Notes: a model not told the origin generated them from the letters alone. A stretch of 64,000 nt of DNA from Candidatus Freyarchaeum deiterrae (GCA_037305845.1 CP147778.1:512001-576000); one strand, 5' to 3'; shown: positions 40,140 through 52,531, counted from the stretch's first letter. A program made the numbers and translations.

Positions 40140-40352
40140 ATCAGATCCATTGATAGATTGAATCGCAGATAAGAATAGGGTTAAATAACCAAAGGTTGCC
40201 TGCTAGTGGCGATTATCCGACTACCCTTTCCCAGTACTTTAATCCCTGGAAAAAGGAATATTCTTAGTTCTTCTTAAGATTTTGGCAAGAAATCTTTGCC
40301 ATGAGTACTCCAAACTTTTTTAAAAAAAAAGGTGGATAGGAATTTTTTCTTG

Positions 40353-41081
40353 CTAACTTTGGTTAGATTGTCTGGAATGAAGCTTCGTTGCTCCCCATAT
40401 TACACCCCATACTATAGCTGCGGGTATGAAGACCACTAGTGCTAGAGGAAGGAAGATTGTGATTAGGAGATCGGTATATGCCCATGTGAAGTAGGTTACT
40501 CCAAGGTATAACTGAGCCCATAGATTTGTAGTCAGAAGCTCTATTATTGCGATAAGTTGTATAATGCTCAAAACTGCGGCACCAAACCCACGTGGAAAAA
40601 CACTGACACCCCAAGGTTTACCTTCCCCACCGAACCAACCAGATTTACCCTCCTCCTTGGATTTCAACGCTAGGAAAATGATTCCGAGTACTGTGTAAGG
40701 AATCGATGTAAATATCAGGATGATGAAGTAGGGCATAACTGATTGCGCGAAAACGCCGTAAAAAATCCAAATATAGTAAATCACGAGATACACTAGTAAA
40801 TCGGGAATTCCTAAATATTGCAAGATTACGTAGTATGAGGTGAGTATTGTGGTGTTAAAGATGCCCACATGAAATACCATTGCCATCGTCCAAGCTGCCC
40901 ACCAGTAAGCATCATAGTATAGAAATCTGAGTCCCAGCCAACCCGCAATGGTAGCACCAACAAGGCCTGCAATTATCGCTGACCATCTTCTCATTTTGAA
41001 AGCTGCTGCGAATGATTTCTGCGTAACCAAAAATTGTCCTACCATGGCAAATGCCACTAAAGCGAAAATAATTTCCTGCAT
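40353..41081 (-). CDS. Multi-pass membrane protein
   Basis: About 7 hydrophobic segments. Confidence 0.7.
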   Translation of the reverse strand: MQEIIFALVAFAMVGQFLVTQKSFAAAFKMRRWSAIIAGLVGATIAGWLGLRFLYYDAYWWAAWTMAMVFHVGIFNTTILTSYYVILQYLGIPDLLVYLVIYYIWIFYGVFAQSVMPYFIILIFTSIPYTVLGIIFLALKSKEEGKSGWFGGEGKPWGVSVFPRGFGAAVLSIIQLIAIIELLTTNLWAQLYLGVTYFTWAYTDLLITIFLPLALVVFIPAAIVWGVIWGATKLHSRQSNQS

Positions 41082-41273
41082 GGATTAAGTCAAAATAGGA
41101 AATCATATTTAAAAATTTTGTTTTCTGCACGGATTAAGCAAAAGTAGGTAATCATATTTAAAAAAGGCAATATTTGCGGAATCTACTGTTTTTAGTGTTC
41201 CCAGCGTTAAAAAAAAGGAGGAGAAAGGATAAAAAATAATATGAGCAGATAAGGGTTGGGTAAAATTGGATTT

Positions 41274-42173
41274 TTATTCTCGGGGAACTTTGAAGTATTC
41301 GTAGAAGCCTCCTCTGCTTCCGGGTTTCTGTTGGGGATGTCCTAGGAATCCGGAGATAACCATTTTTTTAAGCAGCATGGGCGGCTTGTATGCATGGTCA
41401 CCGGTTTCGTTGTAGATGTAGTCTAGTATGTGGTATATTGTGTCTAATCCTATGAAGTCTGCTAGCGTGAGTGGCCCCATTGGCCAGTTGAAGCCTAATT
41501 TGACCATTGTGTCTATTTCTTTTACTCCTGCTACGCCTTGCTCTAGCATTCTAATGACTTCGGCTACCGTGTAGGATATGAATCTTGTTGTGAAAAATCC
41601 TGGTCCATCCGCGGCGCTGACAGGAATCTTATCCATTTTTTTTGAGAGCCCCAAGATTACATTGTATGTTTCGTCGGATGTCAGTGTGCCTCGTATAATT
41701 TCTATTAGTTTCATAACTGGTGCTGGATTGAAGAAGTGCATTCCTATGAATTTTTCTGGACGTTTTGTGGCTGAGGCTTGATCCGTAATCATCAGGGAGG
41801 ATGTGTTTGAGGCGAATATGGTTTGTTTGGGGCATATTTCGTCCAGTTTTTTCCATGTTTCTTTTTTGGTTTTCATGTCTTCGGCTATGGCTTCTATTAC
41901 TATGTCAGCGTTTCCCGCTCCCTCTTTTAGATCCTTTGTACCCTTTATTCTAGCTACTGTTTTGTCAACTTCTTCCTTGGTTATTTTACCCTTTTCAAGG
42001 GCTTTTCCCAGGCTCTTCTTGACGCGTTCCATGGACTTTTTAACTAGGTCGTCTGAAACTTCAATGAAGGTGGTGTTGTAGCCCAATCTAGCGCAGATTT
42101 CTAATATTCCTGAACCCATTATGCCTGCTCCTAGAATGCATATATTTTTAACATCTTCTATTTTCATCTTCAC
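41274..42173 (-). CDS. 3-hydroxyacyl-CoA dehydrogenase
   Basis: GAGIMG, ASNTSS, GMHFFNP and PMGP. Confidence 0.93.
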   Translation of the reverse strand: MKMKIEDVKNICILGAGIMGSGILEICARLGYNTTFIEVSDDLVKKSMERVKKSLGKALEKGKITKEEVDKTVARIKGTKDLKEGAGNADIVIEAIAEDMKTKKETWKKLDEICPKQTIFASNTSSLMITDQASATKRPEKFIGMHFFNPAPVMKLIEIIRGTLTSDETYNVILGLSKKMDKIPVSAADGPGFFTTRFISYTVAEVIRMLEQGVAGVKEIDTMVKLGFNWPMGPLTLADFIGLDTIYHILDYIYNETGDHAYKPPMLLKKMVISGFLGHPQQKPGSRGGFYEYFKVPRE

Positions 42174-42376
42174 ACCTTCTCCTAACTAGTTTTAAAAAAG
42201 TTAATAGTCGACATCATACTTAAAACTTTTCTCAACCCTCAAATCCTTATCAAAATAAACGGTAAAAAGTAACTTAAATCTTGAACATTTTGGAACAAGT
42301 ATTAACAAACAGTAACCAAAAAGGAAATTAGTAGTATCAAGAAAGATTTAATACAAAAGTTTAGAGGCGGATAGTT

Positions 42377-43165
42377 TTGGATTTCGAAGATATAATTTAC
42401 GAAAAAAGGAACGGTGTTGCCACCATTACCATAAATAGACCCCAAGCTCTTAACTCCTTTAGGTCAAAAACTCTCGATGAGATGACCGCAGCTTTCGAGG
42501 ACGCCGAGGAAGACGAAGACATAAGGGTAGTTGTCTTTACCGGCGCCGGTGACAGAGCTTTCTGTTCTGGGGGAGACATCTCTGAGATGGGAAAACTGAG
42601 TCCCGCAGTTGGAAGGAAGTTCTTGGGTAAATGCCTCAAATTATCCACGACTATGAGGAACCTGTCGAAGCCTATAATTGCTAGGATTAACGGCTACTGT
42701 CTGGGAGGCGGAAACGAGCTGAACATGTTTTGCGACCTCGCTATAGCTTCGGAGAAAGCGGTACTAGGCCAGGTTGGCCCCAGAGTAGGTAGTGTCCCTA
42801 TCTGGGGTGGCACTCAGATGCTACCCAGGGTTGTAGGTGAGAGGAAGGCTAGAGAGATGATATTTCTCTGTAGGAGATATACTGCGAAGGAAGCTGAGGC
42901 TATGGGTTTGGTTAATAAGGTTGTCCCAGCTGAGCAGCTGGACGCTGAGGTTGCTAAGTGGTGTGAGGAGATTAAGGCTCTGAGTCCACAGAGTATAAAG
43001 CTCTCAAAAATAGCTCTGAACTTTGGATCCGACCTTCTGTATCCATCCTTTGTCCACGGCCGAGACATGTTAGCACTGGTTTATGGTTCCTACGAACTTA
43101 CTGAGGGTATGGATGCTTTTCTCAAAAAGAGAAAACCGGTGTGGAAACCAGAGGAAAAGGAATAA
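42377..43165 (+). CDS. Crotonase-family enzyme, MenB/BadI/Oah-like branch
   Basis: AFCSGGD, GGGNEL, GQVGPRVGS and VGERKARE. Confidence 0.8.
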   Translation: MDFEDIIYEKRNGVATITINRPQALNSFRSKTLDEMTAAFEDAEEDEDIRVVVFTGAGDRAFCSGGDISEMGKLSPAVGRKFLGKCLKLSTTMRNLSKPIIARINGYCLGGGNELNMFCDLAIASEKAVLGQVGPRVGSVPIWGGTQMLPRVVGERKAREMIFLCRRYTAKEAEAMGLVNKVVPAEQLDAEVAKWCEEIKALSPQSIKLSKIALNFGSDLLYPSFVHGRDMLALVYGSYELTEGMDAFLKKRKPVWKPEEKE

Positions 43166-43172
43166 TAAGATG

Positions 43173-44429
43173 CTAGGTTTCTTCTCTCTCCCTTCTTTTT
43201 TTCTTCGCATCATTGATTATCTCACGGGCTATGAGAAAGGTTAGTATCTCCGTTGTCCCTCCCGCTATCTTCATCATTCTCGCATCCCGGTAGTACTGCT
43301 CCACTGGGAATTTTGTGGTGTAACCAATTCCTCCGAGAACCTGAAGAGCATCATTACAGACTTCCACACTCATACTGGTTGAAAACATTTTTGCTTCAGC
43401 CGCCTCCTTGGTAGCGGATCTACCAGCATCAATGACTCTTGCGGCTCTCAAAGTTAGGAGACGGGCGGCCTCTATTTTGGTGTTCATCTCGGCCAGTTTG
43501 AAGCTCACAGCCTCAAAGCTGGATATTGGTTGATTGAACTGATCCCTTAGAAGAGAGTACTCCAAGGCTATTTCATAGGCTCGACGTGCGTGACCGATTG
43601 CTTCACCAGCGATAACTGTTCTCTCTATATCCAATTCGTCGAGTAGAATCCTGAAACCCTCGTTCTCTTTTCCCACCAGATTCTCTGTGGGAACCTTCAG
43701 ATTTGTGAAGCGTAGATGGCCGTTTCTGGCTCCTTTCATGCCTAGGAGTTCAAAGTGCTCCAGAACCTCGAACCCCTCCATATCTTTTTCAACCACGAAA
43801 CAACTCATGCCTTTGTGAGGGTGCACGTTGCTGTTGGTTATTGCAAAAGTGGTGTTGACCTCAGCTTCTCCTCCGTTCGTAATGAATCTTTTTTCACCAT
43901 TCAGGACATAGTGGGTGCCCTCTCTGATTGCCGTGGTCTGCATGCCTGCGGCGTCCGAGCCGACCTGCGGTTCTGTAATCACTATTGCTCCGATTTTCTC
44001 ACCCGAAAGTACGGGTTTAAGGAACCTTTCTTTTTGATAGTCAGAACCAAACCTGGATATGGGTATACCGCCTAAAATTGATGATACTCGCGCTGTGCTG
44101 GTCACCGGGCTGACTGCTGCTAATTCCTCTGATACTATAAAATCCTTGGTAACGCCGTTTCCCTCATTCAGGCCTCCGCACTCTTTGGGGAAGGCATTAC
44201 GGCAGTAACCTCTCTTGGCGATTAGTTGTAACGCTTTTCGTGGGTAAACATTGTCTCTCTCAAATTGCTGGGTCATAGGAGCGATTTCTTCGTCCAAAAA
44301 GGTTCTTACCTCTCCTCTGAAAGAGTTCTCTTCCTCGGTAAACAACCACAGGCTTTCCTTTGAAACGCTGTATCCTTGAGGTAGTATTAGGTCCTCATAC
44401 TCTATTGGGGTGTTTTTGTTGGCTTTCAT
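43173..44429 (-). CDS. Acyl-CoA dehydrogenase
   Basis: TEPxVGSD, LNGEKRFITNG, R.QF and GGIGY...YYRD. Confidence 0.92.
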   Translation of the reverse strand: MKANKNTPIEYEDLILPQGYSVSKESLWLFTEEENSFRGEVRTFLDEEIAPMTQQFERDNVYPRKALQLIAKRGYCRNAFPKECGGLNEGNGVTKDFIVSEELAAVSPVTSTARVSSILGGIPISRFGSDYQKERFLKPVLSGEKIGAIVITEPQVGSDAAGMQTTAIREGTHYVLNGEKRFITNGGEAEVNTTFAITNSNVHPHKGMSCFVVEKDMEGFEVLEHFELLGMKGARNGHLRFTNLKVPTENLVGKENEGFRILLDELDIERTVIAGEAIGHARRAYEIALEYSLLRDQFNQPISSFEAVSFKLAEMNTKIEAARLLTLRAARVIDAGRSATKEAAEAKMFSTSMSVEVCNDALQVLGGIGYTTKFPVEQYYRDARMMKIAGGTTEILTFLIAREIINDAKKKRREREET

Positions 44430-44673
44430 ATTGGCTCACTCCACGCTAACTAATTAATTAGTCAAATGTATATTAAACTTTTATTAATTGTTAAATATTA
44501 TTTAAAATGATAATGAAAAATAGGAGCCCATAATAACTTTGTTAATCGTTTTGAGTTGGAATTTTTGAGAACGTTATTGTTTGGATAGTTAAAAAAAAAG
44601 GATCGTTGGCAATTTTTGAGGTATAGATTTAAATCAGTTATTTTGTAATATTAGTGGAGTTAGTTGTGATTAT

Positions 44674-45738
44674 TTGTGGAGAGTGGATACAATCACGATT
44701 TCAAGGCAGCAGGCAATTATCAAGAAAATAATGGATAAGTATGAGAGTGGGAAGCGGGCTGAAGCTATAAACGAGTTACTGTACAATCTAAGAGACAAAG
44801 ATTTTAGGGTTCGAGCCAACTGTGTAGAAGCTCTGGGTAATATAGGCGACTTGGGGACAATAGACCCTTTAACCGAACTCTTACACGATGACTATAGCGA
44901 GGTGAGAATAGCAACTGTACAAGCGCTGGGAAAAATGGGTGACGTCAGAGTCATAGAACCTCTTAAGGAGCTACTTAACGACGAGAGCGGAGAAGTCAGA
45001 TTAGTGACGGTGAAAACCCTAAGCAAAATCGGCGGGGAAAAGGTTATCCAACCATTAATAAATGCCTTGGACGACCAGGATAACAGGATTCAAACCTCGG
45101 CAATCGAAAGCCTGGGAAGAATGGGGCCAAAAGCAGTAAACCCCCTACTTAGAACACTAGAGAGTGAGAACGAGTACACCAGAGCTTATACCGCAAAGGC
45201 TCTAGGAGAAATCGGGGATCCCAAAGCAACTGAAGCACTAATAAAACTCACAGACGACCCAAGCAACATAGTGAGGATTAACGTTATTGAAGCTCTTGGA
45301 AGAATAGACGACCCAAGAGTAGTGGAACCGTTAATTAAAGCTCTAAATGACGAGGAAGTCGAAGTAAGAATAAACGCGGTGAAGGCACTGAAAATAGCAA
45401 AGTCGGAAAAAGCAAAGCAACACCTGATTGATAGCTTAGAAGACCCAGACAGCCGTGTTCGGATGTGGAGCGCGGACGCCCTAGGGTACAAAGCTGATAG
45501 TTCAGCAATTGGACCACTTATTAATCTGCTTAAGGATAATGATCCCCGCGTGAGAGAGAACGCAATCAAAGCCTTGGGAAAAGCCGGAGACTATGAAGCA
45601 GTGCCACCCTTAATGGAATTATTGAGAGATAAAGATGAAAAAATCAAAGACCTCGCAGATAAATCACTCGCAATGATCGCCAAAAAATACGGACTCTCAA
45701 GAGATGAGTTAATAAGAAGGCAAGGAGCCAAGCTCTAA
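44674..45738 (+). CDS. HEAT-repeat (PBS-lyase type) protein
   Basis: About 10 ~31-aa repeats, VRxxAxxALGxxGDxxAxxPLxxLLxD. Confidence 0.92.
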   Translation: MWRVDTITISRQQAIIKKIMDKYESGKRAEAINELLYNLRDKDFRVRANCVEALGNIGDLGTIDPLTELLHDDYSEVRIATVQALGKMGDVRVIEPLKELLNDESGEVRLVTVKTLSKIGGEKVIQPLINALDDQDNRIQTSAIESLGRMGPKAVNPLLRTLESENEYTRAYTAKALGEIGDPKATEALIKLTDDPSNIVRINVIEALGRIDDPRVVEPLIKALNDEEVEVRINAVKALKIAKSEKAKQHLIDSLEDPDSRVRMWSADALGYKADSSAIGPLINLLKDNDPRVRENAIKALGKAGDYEAVPPLMELLRDKDEKIKDLADKSLAMIAKKYGLSRDELIRRQGAKL

Positions 45739-45866
45739 GCAATATAAAGGCCAAATCTTAAAACTATGGTTGCTGAAATCTAAGAACTCTTTCTGAGCAC
45801 ACTCCTGATAAAGACTTAAGATAGAATTTTAAAGTAAAATTCTTTTTTCTGCCTAGTCATAAGATG

Positions 45867-46646
45867 CTATTTTTTGTTAAGGTATTCTTTCAGCCATGAT
45901 TTGAGGTTTATTTGTGTAAGTATTTCGTAAACGTGTGTGTTTTCTATATCAAACACTTTTCTGGGAGATGGTTCCCTTGAGGCCTCGTATATAACTGCTT
46001 TGATAGCTTTAGCTGCAAAGGGTGGGAGACTGTGGATTAGTTGGTCTGCTAGGCTTTGTGCCTCGTTCAACACCTTGTTGTCTGGAACCACGTTTTTTAC
46101 CAAGTTTAATTGCAGCGCTTCTTGTGCGGTTATGTTTCTTCCTGTTAAGATAAGGTCTAGCGCAAGTCCTCTGCTTACCGTTCTTAGATATAGGCTTGTT
46201 AGTCCCCAAAGTAGGGGAAAGCCTATTCTTGATTCGGGAAGACCGAATACCGCCTTTTCCCCAGTTATTCTAAAATCGCAGGCTAGAGCAAGTCCTAAAC
46301 CAGGTCCTAGAGCGAAACCCCTAATTGCGGCTATTGTGGGTTTTGGATACTTCTCCATCCTCTGAAAAAAATTGTAACCAGTTTCCATTAGAACCAATAT
46401 TTCCTCTGTGGAAGCTTTTCCAACAGCCTTTAGGTCTATTCCTGCGCTGAAAACTCTCTCTCCCCCGGTTAATATAATCGCTCTTATTTCGTCGTACTTT
46501 TCGATAATGTTCAGTGCTTTGGTTATGTCATTGAAAAGGTCAATGTAGAGAGCGTTTACTGGGGGTTTGTTTAGGGTCAGTATAGCAGTTTGGTTTCTCA
46601 AATCTGTTTTGACGAGCTTCAAATCTTGTAAAGATTCACCTTCCAA
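45867..46646 (-). CDS. Enoyl-CoA hydratase/isomerase family protein (atypical active site)
   Basis: FSAGIDL, KPTIAAI and FGLPE; has GPGLGL in place of GGGxEL. Confidence 0.85.
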   Translation of the reverse strand: MEGESLQDLKLVKTDLRNQTAILTLNKPPVNALYIDLFNDITKALNIIEKYDEIRAIILTGGERVFSAGIDLKAVGKASTEEILVLMETGYNFFQRMEKYPKPTIAAIRGFALGPGLGLALACDFRITGEKAVFGLPESRIGFPLLWGLTSLYLRTVSRGLALDLILTGRNITAQEALQLNLVKNVVPDNKVLNEAQSLADQLIHSLPPFAAKAIKAVIYEASREPSPRKVFDIENTHVYEILTQINLKSWLKEYLNKK

Positions 46647-47264
46647 AGTGCTCTTCTCCTCCTTTTATTCGGTTTGTTGTTTTTCCTTCTTTTTTGTTTA
46701 GGGACTGCTTTGAGTATTTCTCAAAATCTGCGAGCAATTAGTATTCATTATAAAAATAGATTTATAACTATGCCCTATTTTCGCCTCTTATAAGGAGTTT
46801 TCAATAGATATGTCTTTGATGAACACAATTGAGCATGTGAAACCATAAAAACAACTAATTTTGGTTTAAGATAATAGATATAAGGATTGCGAGCATAAGT
46901 TAAGGTAGATATTTATTTTAAGATGTGGAAATATACTTGAGAAAACAGCTTTTTGATGAAAAATGAGATGCCTGAGCTTAAAAAGAAGGGTGATTTCAAA
47001 AATGGCTTTTTCCCATGTCGGATTAACGAATGAAAAAAGCAGTTTTCCGTTCGAAACGGCTATCAAAAGCAAACTATTTCAAAAATATGAGGAAGAAAAG
47101 GCTGGGAAAAAGTGTATCTTTAAGGAAGGGGTTGGCTTACAGCAGAGAAATAAGCAAGTTACATTGCCTGAGAAGTGAATAATTTGAAAACAGCAGTCTT
47201 GAATGGAAGGAGAATTAGGAAAATTCCCATAATTATAATAAAAAAAGATTTTAAGGGAGGGATT

Positions 47265-47501
47265 TTGAAAAACAAGGTCATCGAATGCCCCCTAGTGGGT
47301 CAAATAAAATTTCGATGCGGGCACATGGAATGCCCACACTTTGTTAAAGCTCTCAACGGGTATGTTATTTGCGTCGCAAAAAAGAATGACGATCCATTAG
47401 ACTGGATGAAAGGCAGACCACCAAAAGGCAGGCCCCCAAATAAAACTTCTGAAAATGAAGACGAACCCTTATCTTCACTAGAAAATAAGGGAGAAGAATA
47501 A
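47265..47501 (+). CDS. Small Cys/His protein with a tandem GRP (AT-hook-like) tail
   Basis: GGGAGG RBS before TTG 47265; C..CGHMECPH..C and KGRPPKGRPP. Confidence 0.55.
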   Translation: MKNKVIECPLVGQIKFRCGHMECPHFVKALNGYVICVAKKNDDPLDWMKGRPPKGRPPNKTSENEDEPLSSLENKGEE

Positions 47502-47732
47502 GTTTTATCTGCGAAGAATCACCCCAATATAAAATTAGATTGGTTTAAATACTGGTGAAATAGCGGTATTTTGAGAATCAAAATTATATCTTTTGTTTAC
47601 TCTGTTTTTTCATATCTAAAATGCATCTATTAATTATAAGAAATTTTTAGTTAATAATTGTTAATCCAAATCCTAATATTTATTTAGCGTTGATTTTACT
47701 GTTTGTTGTGACATTGGAAGAGGAACAGGAAG

Positions 47733-49688
47733 ATGCCTAAATTCAGATTAGTGTCAGAGTATACACCGCAGGGCGATCAGCCGGATGCTATCGCGCAGCT
47801 GGTAGAAGGTTTAGAGAAAAATCTGCATCACCAAACCTTGTTAGGCGTTACCGGTTCTGGAAAGACTTTCACCATGGCTAACGTAATAGAAGCGGTTCAG
47901 AGACCTACACTGGTAATTTCACACAACAAAACTCTGGCGGCTCAACTGTTTAGTGAGTTTAAGGAGTTCTTTCCGGAGAACGCTGTGGAGTATTTTGTAA
48001 GTTATTACGATTATTATCAGCCCGAGGCTTACGTTCCACAAACGGATCTCTACATAGCTAAAGATGCCTCGGTCAATGAAGAGATTGACAAGATGCGAAA
48101 CGCTTCCACCCGAGCCCTAATTGAGCGAAGGGATACCATAGTAGTGGCGAGTGTTTCCTGCATTTACGGCCTCGGCTCTCCCGAGTATTACAAAAGCATG
48201 GGGTTTTTCTTGGAGAGAGGGCAATCCAAGAGCAGGGAGGAGATTCTAAGAGAATTGGTGGATATACAGTATGAACGCAATGATGTCAACCTCGAACGAA
48301 CTAAGTTCCGGGTTCGTGGTGATGTAATTGAGGTTTATCCCTCCTACGAGGATGTTCTGATTAGGGTAGAGCTCTTCGGAGACCGTGTTGAGAGAATAAG
48401 AGAATTAGACCCCCTAACTCGCGAAACAAGGGAGGAGAAGGACAGAGTTTACATCCTTCCTGCAAAACATTACGTTATACCGGGAGAAAATCTGTCAAAG
48501 GCTATAGAAGCCATAGAGGAAGAGCTAAAGGAGAGATTAAAGGAGTTAAGGGGGAAGAACAAACTTTTAGAAGCTCAGAGACTGGAGCAAAGAGCCAAAT
48601 TCGACCTAGAAATGCTGCGAGAGATGGGTTACTGTCCAGGCATTGAGAATTACTCACGACACCTTGACGGCAGAAGCCCCGGAGAAAGACCCTTCACGCT
48701 CATTGACTATTTCCCAAAGGACTACCTCCTCTTTATTGACGAATCACACGTAACTATTCCTCAACTGAGAGGAATGTATGAGGGCGACAGATCCCGAAAA
48801 AAAACCCTGGTGGAGTACGGCTTCCGACTTCCATCGGCTGTCGATAATAGGCCACTCTGCTTCGAGGAGTTTGAAAGCCTAGTTAATCAAGTAGTCTACG
48901 TTTCAGCCACCCCCGGACCTTACGAGTTAGAGAACAACGAACAACTTGTGGAGCAGATTATCCGACCTACTGGCCTTATGGATCCCCAAGTTGAGATACG
49001 CCCAGTTGAGGGACAGATAGACGACCTACTGGCGCGGATTAGGGAGCGTGCGGAGGGGAACGAGAGGGTTTTGGTCACCACTCTTACAAAGAGGATGGCT
49101 GAGAACCTAACTGAATACTATGAGAATCTGGGAGTGAAAGTCAGATATTTGCACTCGGAGATTGAAACCCTCGACCGGGTAGACATCGTGAGGGATCTGC
49201 GTTTAGGAGAATTCGACGTGCTCATAGGTATAAACCTCTTAAGGGAAGGACTCGACCTACCTGAAGTCTCCCTAGTTGCCATACTTGACGCTGATAAGGA
49301 GGGATTTCTGAGATCTGGGCAGTCTCTTATTCAGACCATCGGAAGGGCTGCTAGGAATGTTAACGGCACCGTAATAATGTACGCGGATAACATAACCGAA
49401 GCCATGAGGAGAGCAATAAGCGAAACGGATAGGAGACGGATGAAACAGATGAAGTATAACGAGGAACATGGAATAACACCCCAAACCATAGTGAAAGCTA
49501 TCCGCGACATGACGGGAAGAAGACATGAGAATGTAGAGATTGAGAAGCTAACAGATGAAGAACTGCCACTTGTGATAAAGGATCTGGAGAGAGAGATGAG
49601 AGCAGCAGCTGCCAGTTTAGAATTTGAGAGAGCTGCAGCGATTCGCGACAAACTCTTATTGCTCAAATCGGTAAAGGAAGGAAAGTAA
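47733..49688 (+). CDS. uvrB: Excinuclease ABC subunit B
   Basis: [22 protein letters not shown] and C-terminal UVR domain. Confidence 0.98.
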   Translation: MPKFRLVSEYTPQGDQPDAIAQLVEGLEKNLHHQTLLGVTGSGKTFTMANVIEAVQRPTLVISHNKTLAAQLFSEFKEFFPENAVEYFVSYYDYYQPEAYVPQTDLYIAKDASVNEEIDKMRNASTRALIERRDTIVVASVSCIYGLGSPEYYKSMGFFLERGQSKSREEILRELVDIQYERNDVNLERTKFRVRGDVIEVYPSYEDVLIRVELFGDRVERIRELDPLTRETREEKDRVYILPAKHYVIPGENLSKAIEAIEEELKERLKELRGKNKLLEAQRLEQRAKFDLEMLREMGYCPGIENYSRHLDGRSPGERPFTLIDYFPKDYLLFIDESHVTIPQLRGMYEGDRSRKKTLVEYGFRLPSAVDNRPLCFEEFESLVNQVVYVSATPGPYELENNEQLVEQIIRPTGLMDPQVEIRPVEGQIDDLLARIRERAEGNERVLVTTLTKRMAENLTEYYENLGVKVRYLHSEIETLDRVDIVRDLRLGEFDVLIGINLLREGLDLPEVSLVAILDADKEGFLRSGQSLIQTIGRAARNVNGTVIMYADNITEAMRRAISETDRRRMKQMKYNEEHGITPQTIVKAIRDMTGRRHENVEIEKLTDEELPLVIKDLEREMRAAAASLEFERAAAIRDKLLLLKSVKEGK

Positions 49689-49690
49689 CC

Positions 49691-52531
49691 ATGGGTAAAG
49701 ACAAGATAATTGTCAAAGGAGCATCGGAACACAACCTCAAAAACATTGATGTGGAGATCCCACGCGATAAGCTCGTAGTAATTACGGGGCTGAGCGGCTC
49801 TGGGAAATCATCTCTAGCATTCGACACTATCTATGCAGAGGGCCAGAGGAGATACATTGAATCCTTATCCTCATACGCCCGCCAATTTCTGGAAATGATG
49901 GATAAACCCAGCGTAGAATACATAGAGGGCTTATCTCCAGCAATATCCATAGAGCAAAAGCCCCCCAGCAGAAACCCCAGATCCACCGTGGGAACAATAA
50001 CGGAAATTTACGATTACCTCAGGCTGCTCTACGCGAGAGTGGGAATACCCCACTGCTGGAAGTGTGGAAAAGAAATCACACAGCTCACCACCGAGCAAAT
50101 AGTCGACCGAATAATAAGCCTCCCCGAGGGAACAAAAATACAAATCCTAGCACCCATAGTTAAAGGGCGAAAAGGCGAATACCGCAAAATCCTAGAGAAC
50201 CTTAAGGATGAAGGGTTTGCCAGGGTCAGAATAGACGGAGAAATAATGAACCTAGAGGGAGAGATAAATCTCGACAAGAACAAAAAACACGACATAGACC
50301 TCGTCGTAGACAGATTGGTTATCAAACCCAGTGTCCAAAAAACTCTCACCGATTCTGTGGAGACCAGCCTCAAATTCGGAGATGTAATTAAAGTCTTAAT
50401 AAATGATGATAAGGAGAGCATTTACAGCAGACGCTTAGCCTGCGAGGAATGCGGAATGGGATTTGAGGAACTAAGCCCTCAGATGTTTTCATTCAACAAC
50501 CCTCACGGAGCGTGCACCTATTGTAGCGGACTAGGAACCACTAGAAGAATCGATTCCGACCTAGTGATTCCCAATAAGGATTTATCGCTAGCAGAGGGAG
50601 CGATAGCTCCTTGGCACAATCCCATAGGCAGCTGGTATCTACGGAGACTGGAAGCAGTAGCAGGGCACTATGGTTTCAACATTTACACTCCAATGAAGGA
50701 TTTAACCCAAAAACAGCTCAGCGTGATTTTATACGGAACAAAAGACCGCGTCAAATACCTCTATGATAACGAAGAGAGAGGTGTTCACTTTGAGTATGAA
50801 GGAAGCTTTGAGGGAGTTGTAACTAATCTGGAGCGCAGGTACCGTGAAACCAAATCCGAGTATATTAGGCAAGATATGGAAAGTTACATGGATATGAGCC
50901 CTTGCCCCCACTGTAATGGAGACCGACTGAAACCCGAGAGTCTAGCAATAACTGTAGGAGGGCGTAACATCGCTGAAGTCACAAAAATGTCTGTAGAACA
51001 GGCTCAAAGATTCTTCAATCAGCTGCAACTCGGAGAGAGAGAACAGATAATAGCCGAAAAAATTCTCAAAGAAATTAAATCCAGACTGAATTTCCTAATG
51101 AATGTGGGACTGGACTATATCTCCATGGATCGGGCGACAGGAACGCTAAGCGGAGGAGAAGCTCAGAGAATAAGACTAGCCACACAAATCGGAAGCAGCC
51201 TAGTAGGAGTAATTTATATACTGGACGAGCCGAGCATCGGGCTTCACTATAGGGATAAGAAAAGGCTGATTGAAACCCTGAAAGAGCTTAGGGACCTGGG
51301 CAACACAATTCTAGTTGTCGAGCATGATGAGGACACCATAAGAGCCGCGGATTACATTATCGACCTCGGTCCGGGTGCTGGCAGAAACGGCGGCTGGATT
51401 GTGGCTACTGGAACACCAGAGGAGATAATGGCCAACAAGAATTCTTTAACCGGCCGCTATCTCTCAGGAGACCTTCAAATACCCATCCCATCCAAGCGAC
51501 GCAAGGGTAACGGTAAAAACCTGATTCTCAAGGGAGCGCAGCAGAACAACCTTAAAAAAATTGATGTGAAATTCCCACTGGGATTATTCATCTGTATTAC
51601 CGGAGTCTCGGGATCCGGCAAGAGCAGCCTAGTTTACGAAATCTTATACAAGGCGCTGGCGCAAAAGTTTTATCGCGCCTTGGATAAGCCAGGAAAATTC
51701 GATAGGATAGAGGGATTGGGAAACATAGACAAGGTTATCATGATTGACCAGTCCCCCATCGGTAGAACTCCCCGTTCCAACCCCGCAACGTACACAAATG
51801 TCTTTAGTGACATAAGGGATGTTTTCTACAAAGTTCCAGAAGCCAGAATGAGAGGATACCAACCAGGAAGATTCAGCTTCAACGTGAGAGGCGGAAGATG
51901 CGAGGCGTGTGAAGGAAACGGAACCATAAAAATCGAGATGCAATTCCTGCCAGACGTATACATCAAGTGTGACAACTGTAAAGGAAAAAGGTTCAACCGG
52001 GAAACTCTGGAAATAAAATATAAAGGAAAGAACATTCACGATGTACTGGAAATGACCGTAGACGAAGCCTTGGAATTCTTCGAAAACATTCCAAGAATCA
52101 AGAAAAAACTTCAAACCATAAAAGACGTAGGACTCGGATACATTCAACTAGGACAACCCGCAACCACGCTATCAGGCGGTGAAGCACAAAGAGTAAAACT
52201 CTCCAAAGAGCTAAGCAAGCAGAGCACCGGAAGAACACTATACATACTTGATGAACCGACAACAGGATTGAGTTTTGCGGATATTCAGCAACTTTTGGAT
52301 GTTTTGGGTAGGCTTGTGGATTCGGGTAATACGGTTATTGTGATTGAGCACAACCTTGACGTAATAAAAGTTGCGGACCATATAATTGACCTTGGGCCTG
52401 AGGGTGGATACCGAGGAGGCGAGATTGTTTGTGAGGGAACACCGGAGGAAGTGATAAACGTCCCCTCGTCATACACCGGTCAAGCTCTGAAAAGAGTTTT
52501 GGGAGTGGAGGTTAGTGGAACAACGCGCTAA
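49691..52531 (+). CDS. uvrA: Excinuclease ABC subunit A
   Basis: Two ABC modules ([26 protein letters not shown] twice) and Zn fingers. Confidence 0.98.
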   Translation: MGKDKIIVKGASEHNLKNIDVEIPRDKLVVITGLSGSGKSSLAFDTIYAEGQRRYIESLSSYARQFLEMMDKPSVEYIEGLSPAISIEQKPPSRNPRSTVGTITEIYDYLRLLYARVGIPHCWKCGKEITQLTTEQIVDRIISLPEGTKIQILAPIVKGRKGEYRKILENLKDEGFARVRIDGEIMNLEGEINLDKNKKHDIDLVVDRLVIKPSVQKTLTDSVETSLKFGDVIKVLINDDKESIYSRRLACEECGMGFEELSPQMFSFNNPHGACTYCSGLGTTRRIDSDLVIPNKDLSLAEGAIAPWHNPIGSWYLRRLEAVAGHYGFNIYTPMKDLTQKQLSVILYGTKDRVKYLYDNEERGVHFEYEGSFEGVVTNLERRYRETKSEYIRQDMESYMDMSPCPHCNGDRLKPESLAITVGGRNIAEVTKMSVEQAQRFFNQLQLGEREQIIAEKILKEIKSRLNFLMNVGLDYISMDRATGTLSGGEAQRIRLATQIGSSLVGVIYILDEPSIGLHYRDKKRLIETLKELRDLGNTILVVEHDEDTIRAADYIIDLGPGAGRNGGWIVATGTPEEIMANKNSLTGRYLSGDLQIPIPSKRRKGNGKNLILKGAQQNNLKKIDVKFPLGLFICITGVSGSGKSSLVYEILYKALAQKFYRALDKPGKFDRIEGLGNIDKVIMIDQSPIGRTPRSNPATYTNVFSDIRDVFYKVPEARMRGYQPGRFSFNVRGGRCEACEGNGTIKIEMQFLPDVYIKCDNCKGKRFNRETLEIKYKGKNIHDVLEMTVDEALEFFENIPRIKKKLQTIKDVGLGYIQLGQPATTLSGGEAQRVKLSKELSKQSTGRTLYILDEPTTGLSFADIQQLLDVLGRLVDSGNTVIVIEHNLDVIKVADHIIDLGPEGGYRGGEIVCEGTPEEVINVPSSYTGQALKRVLGVEVSGTTR

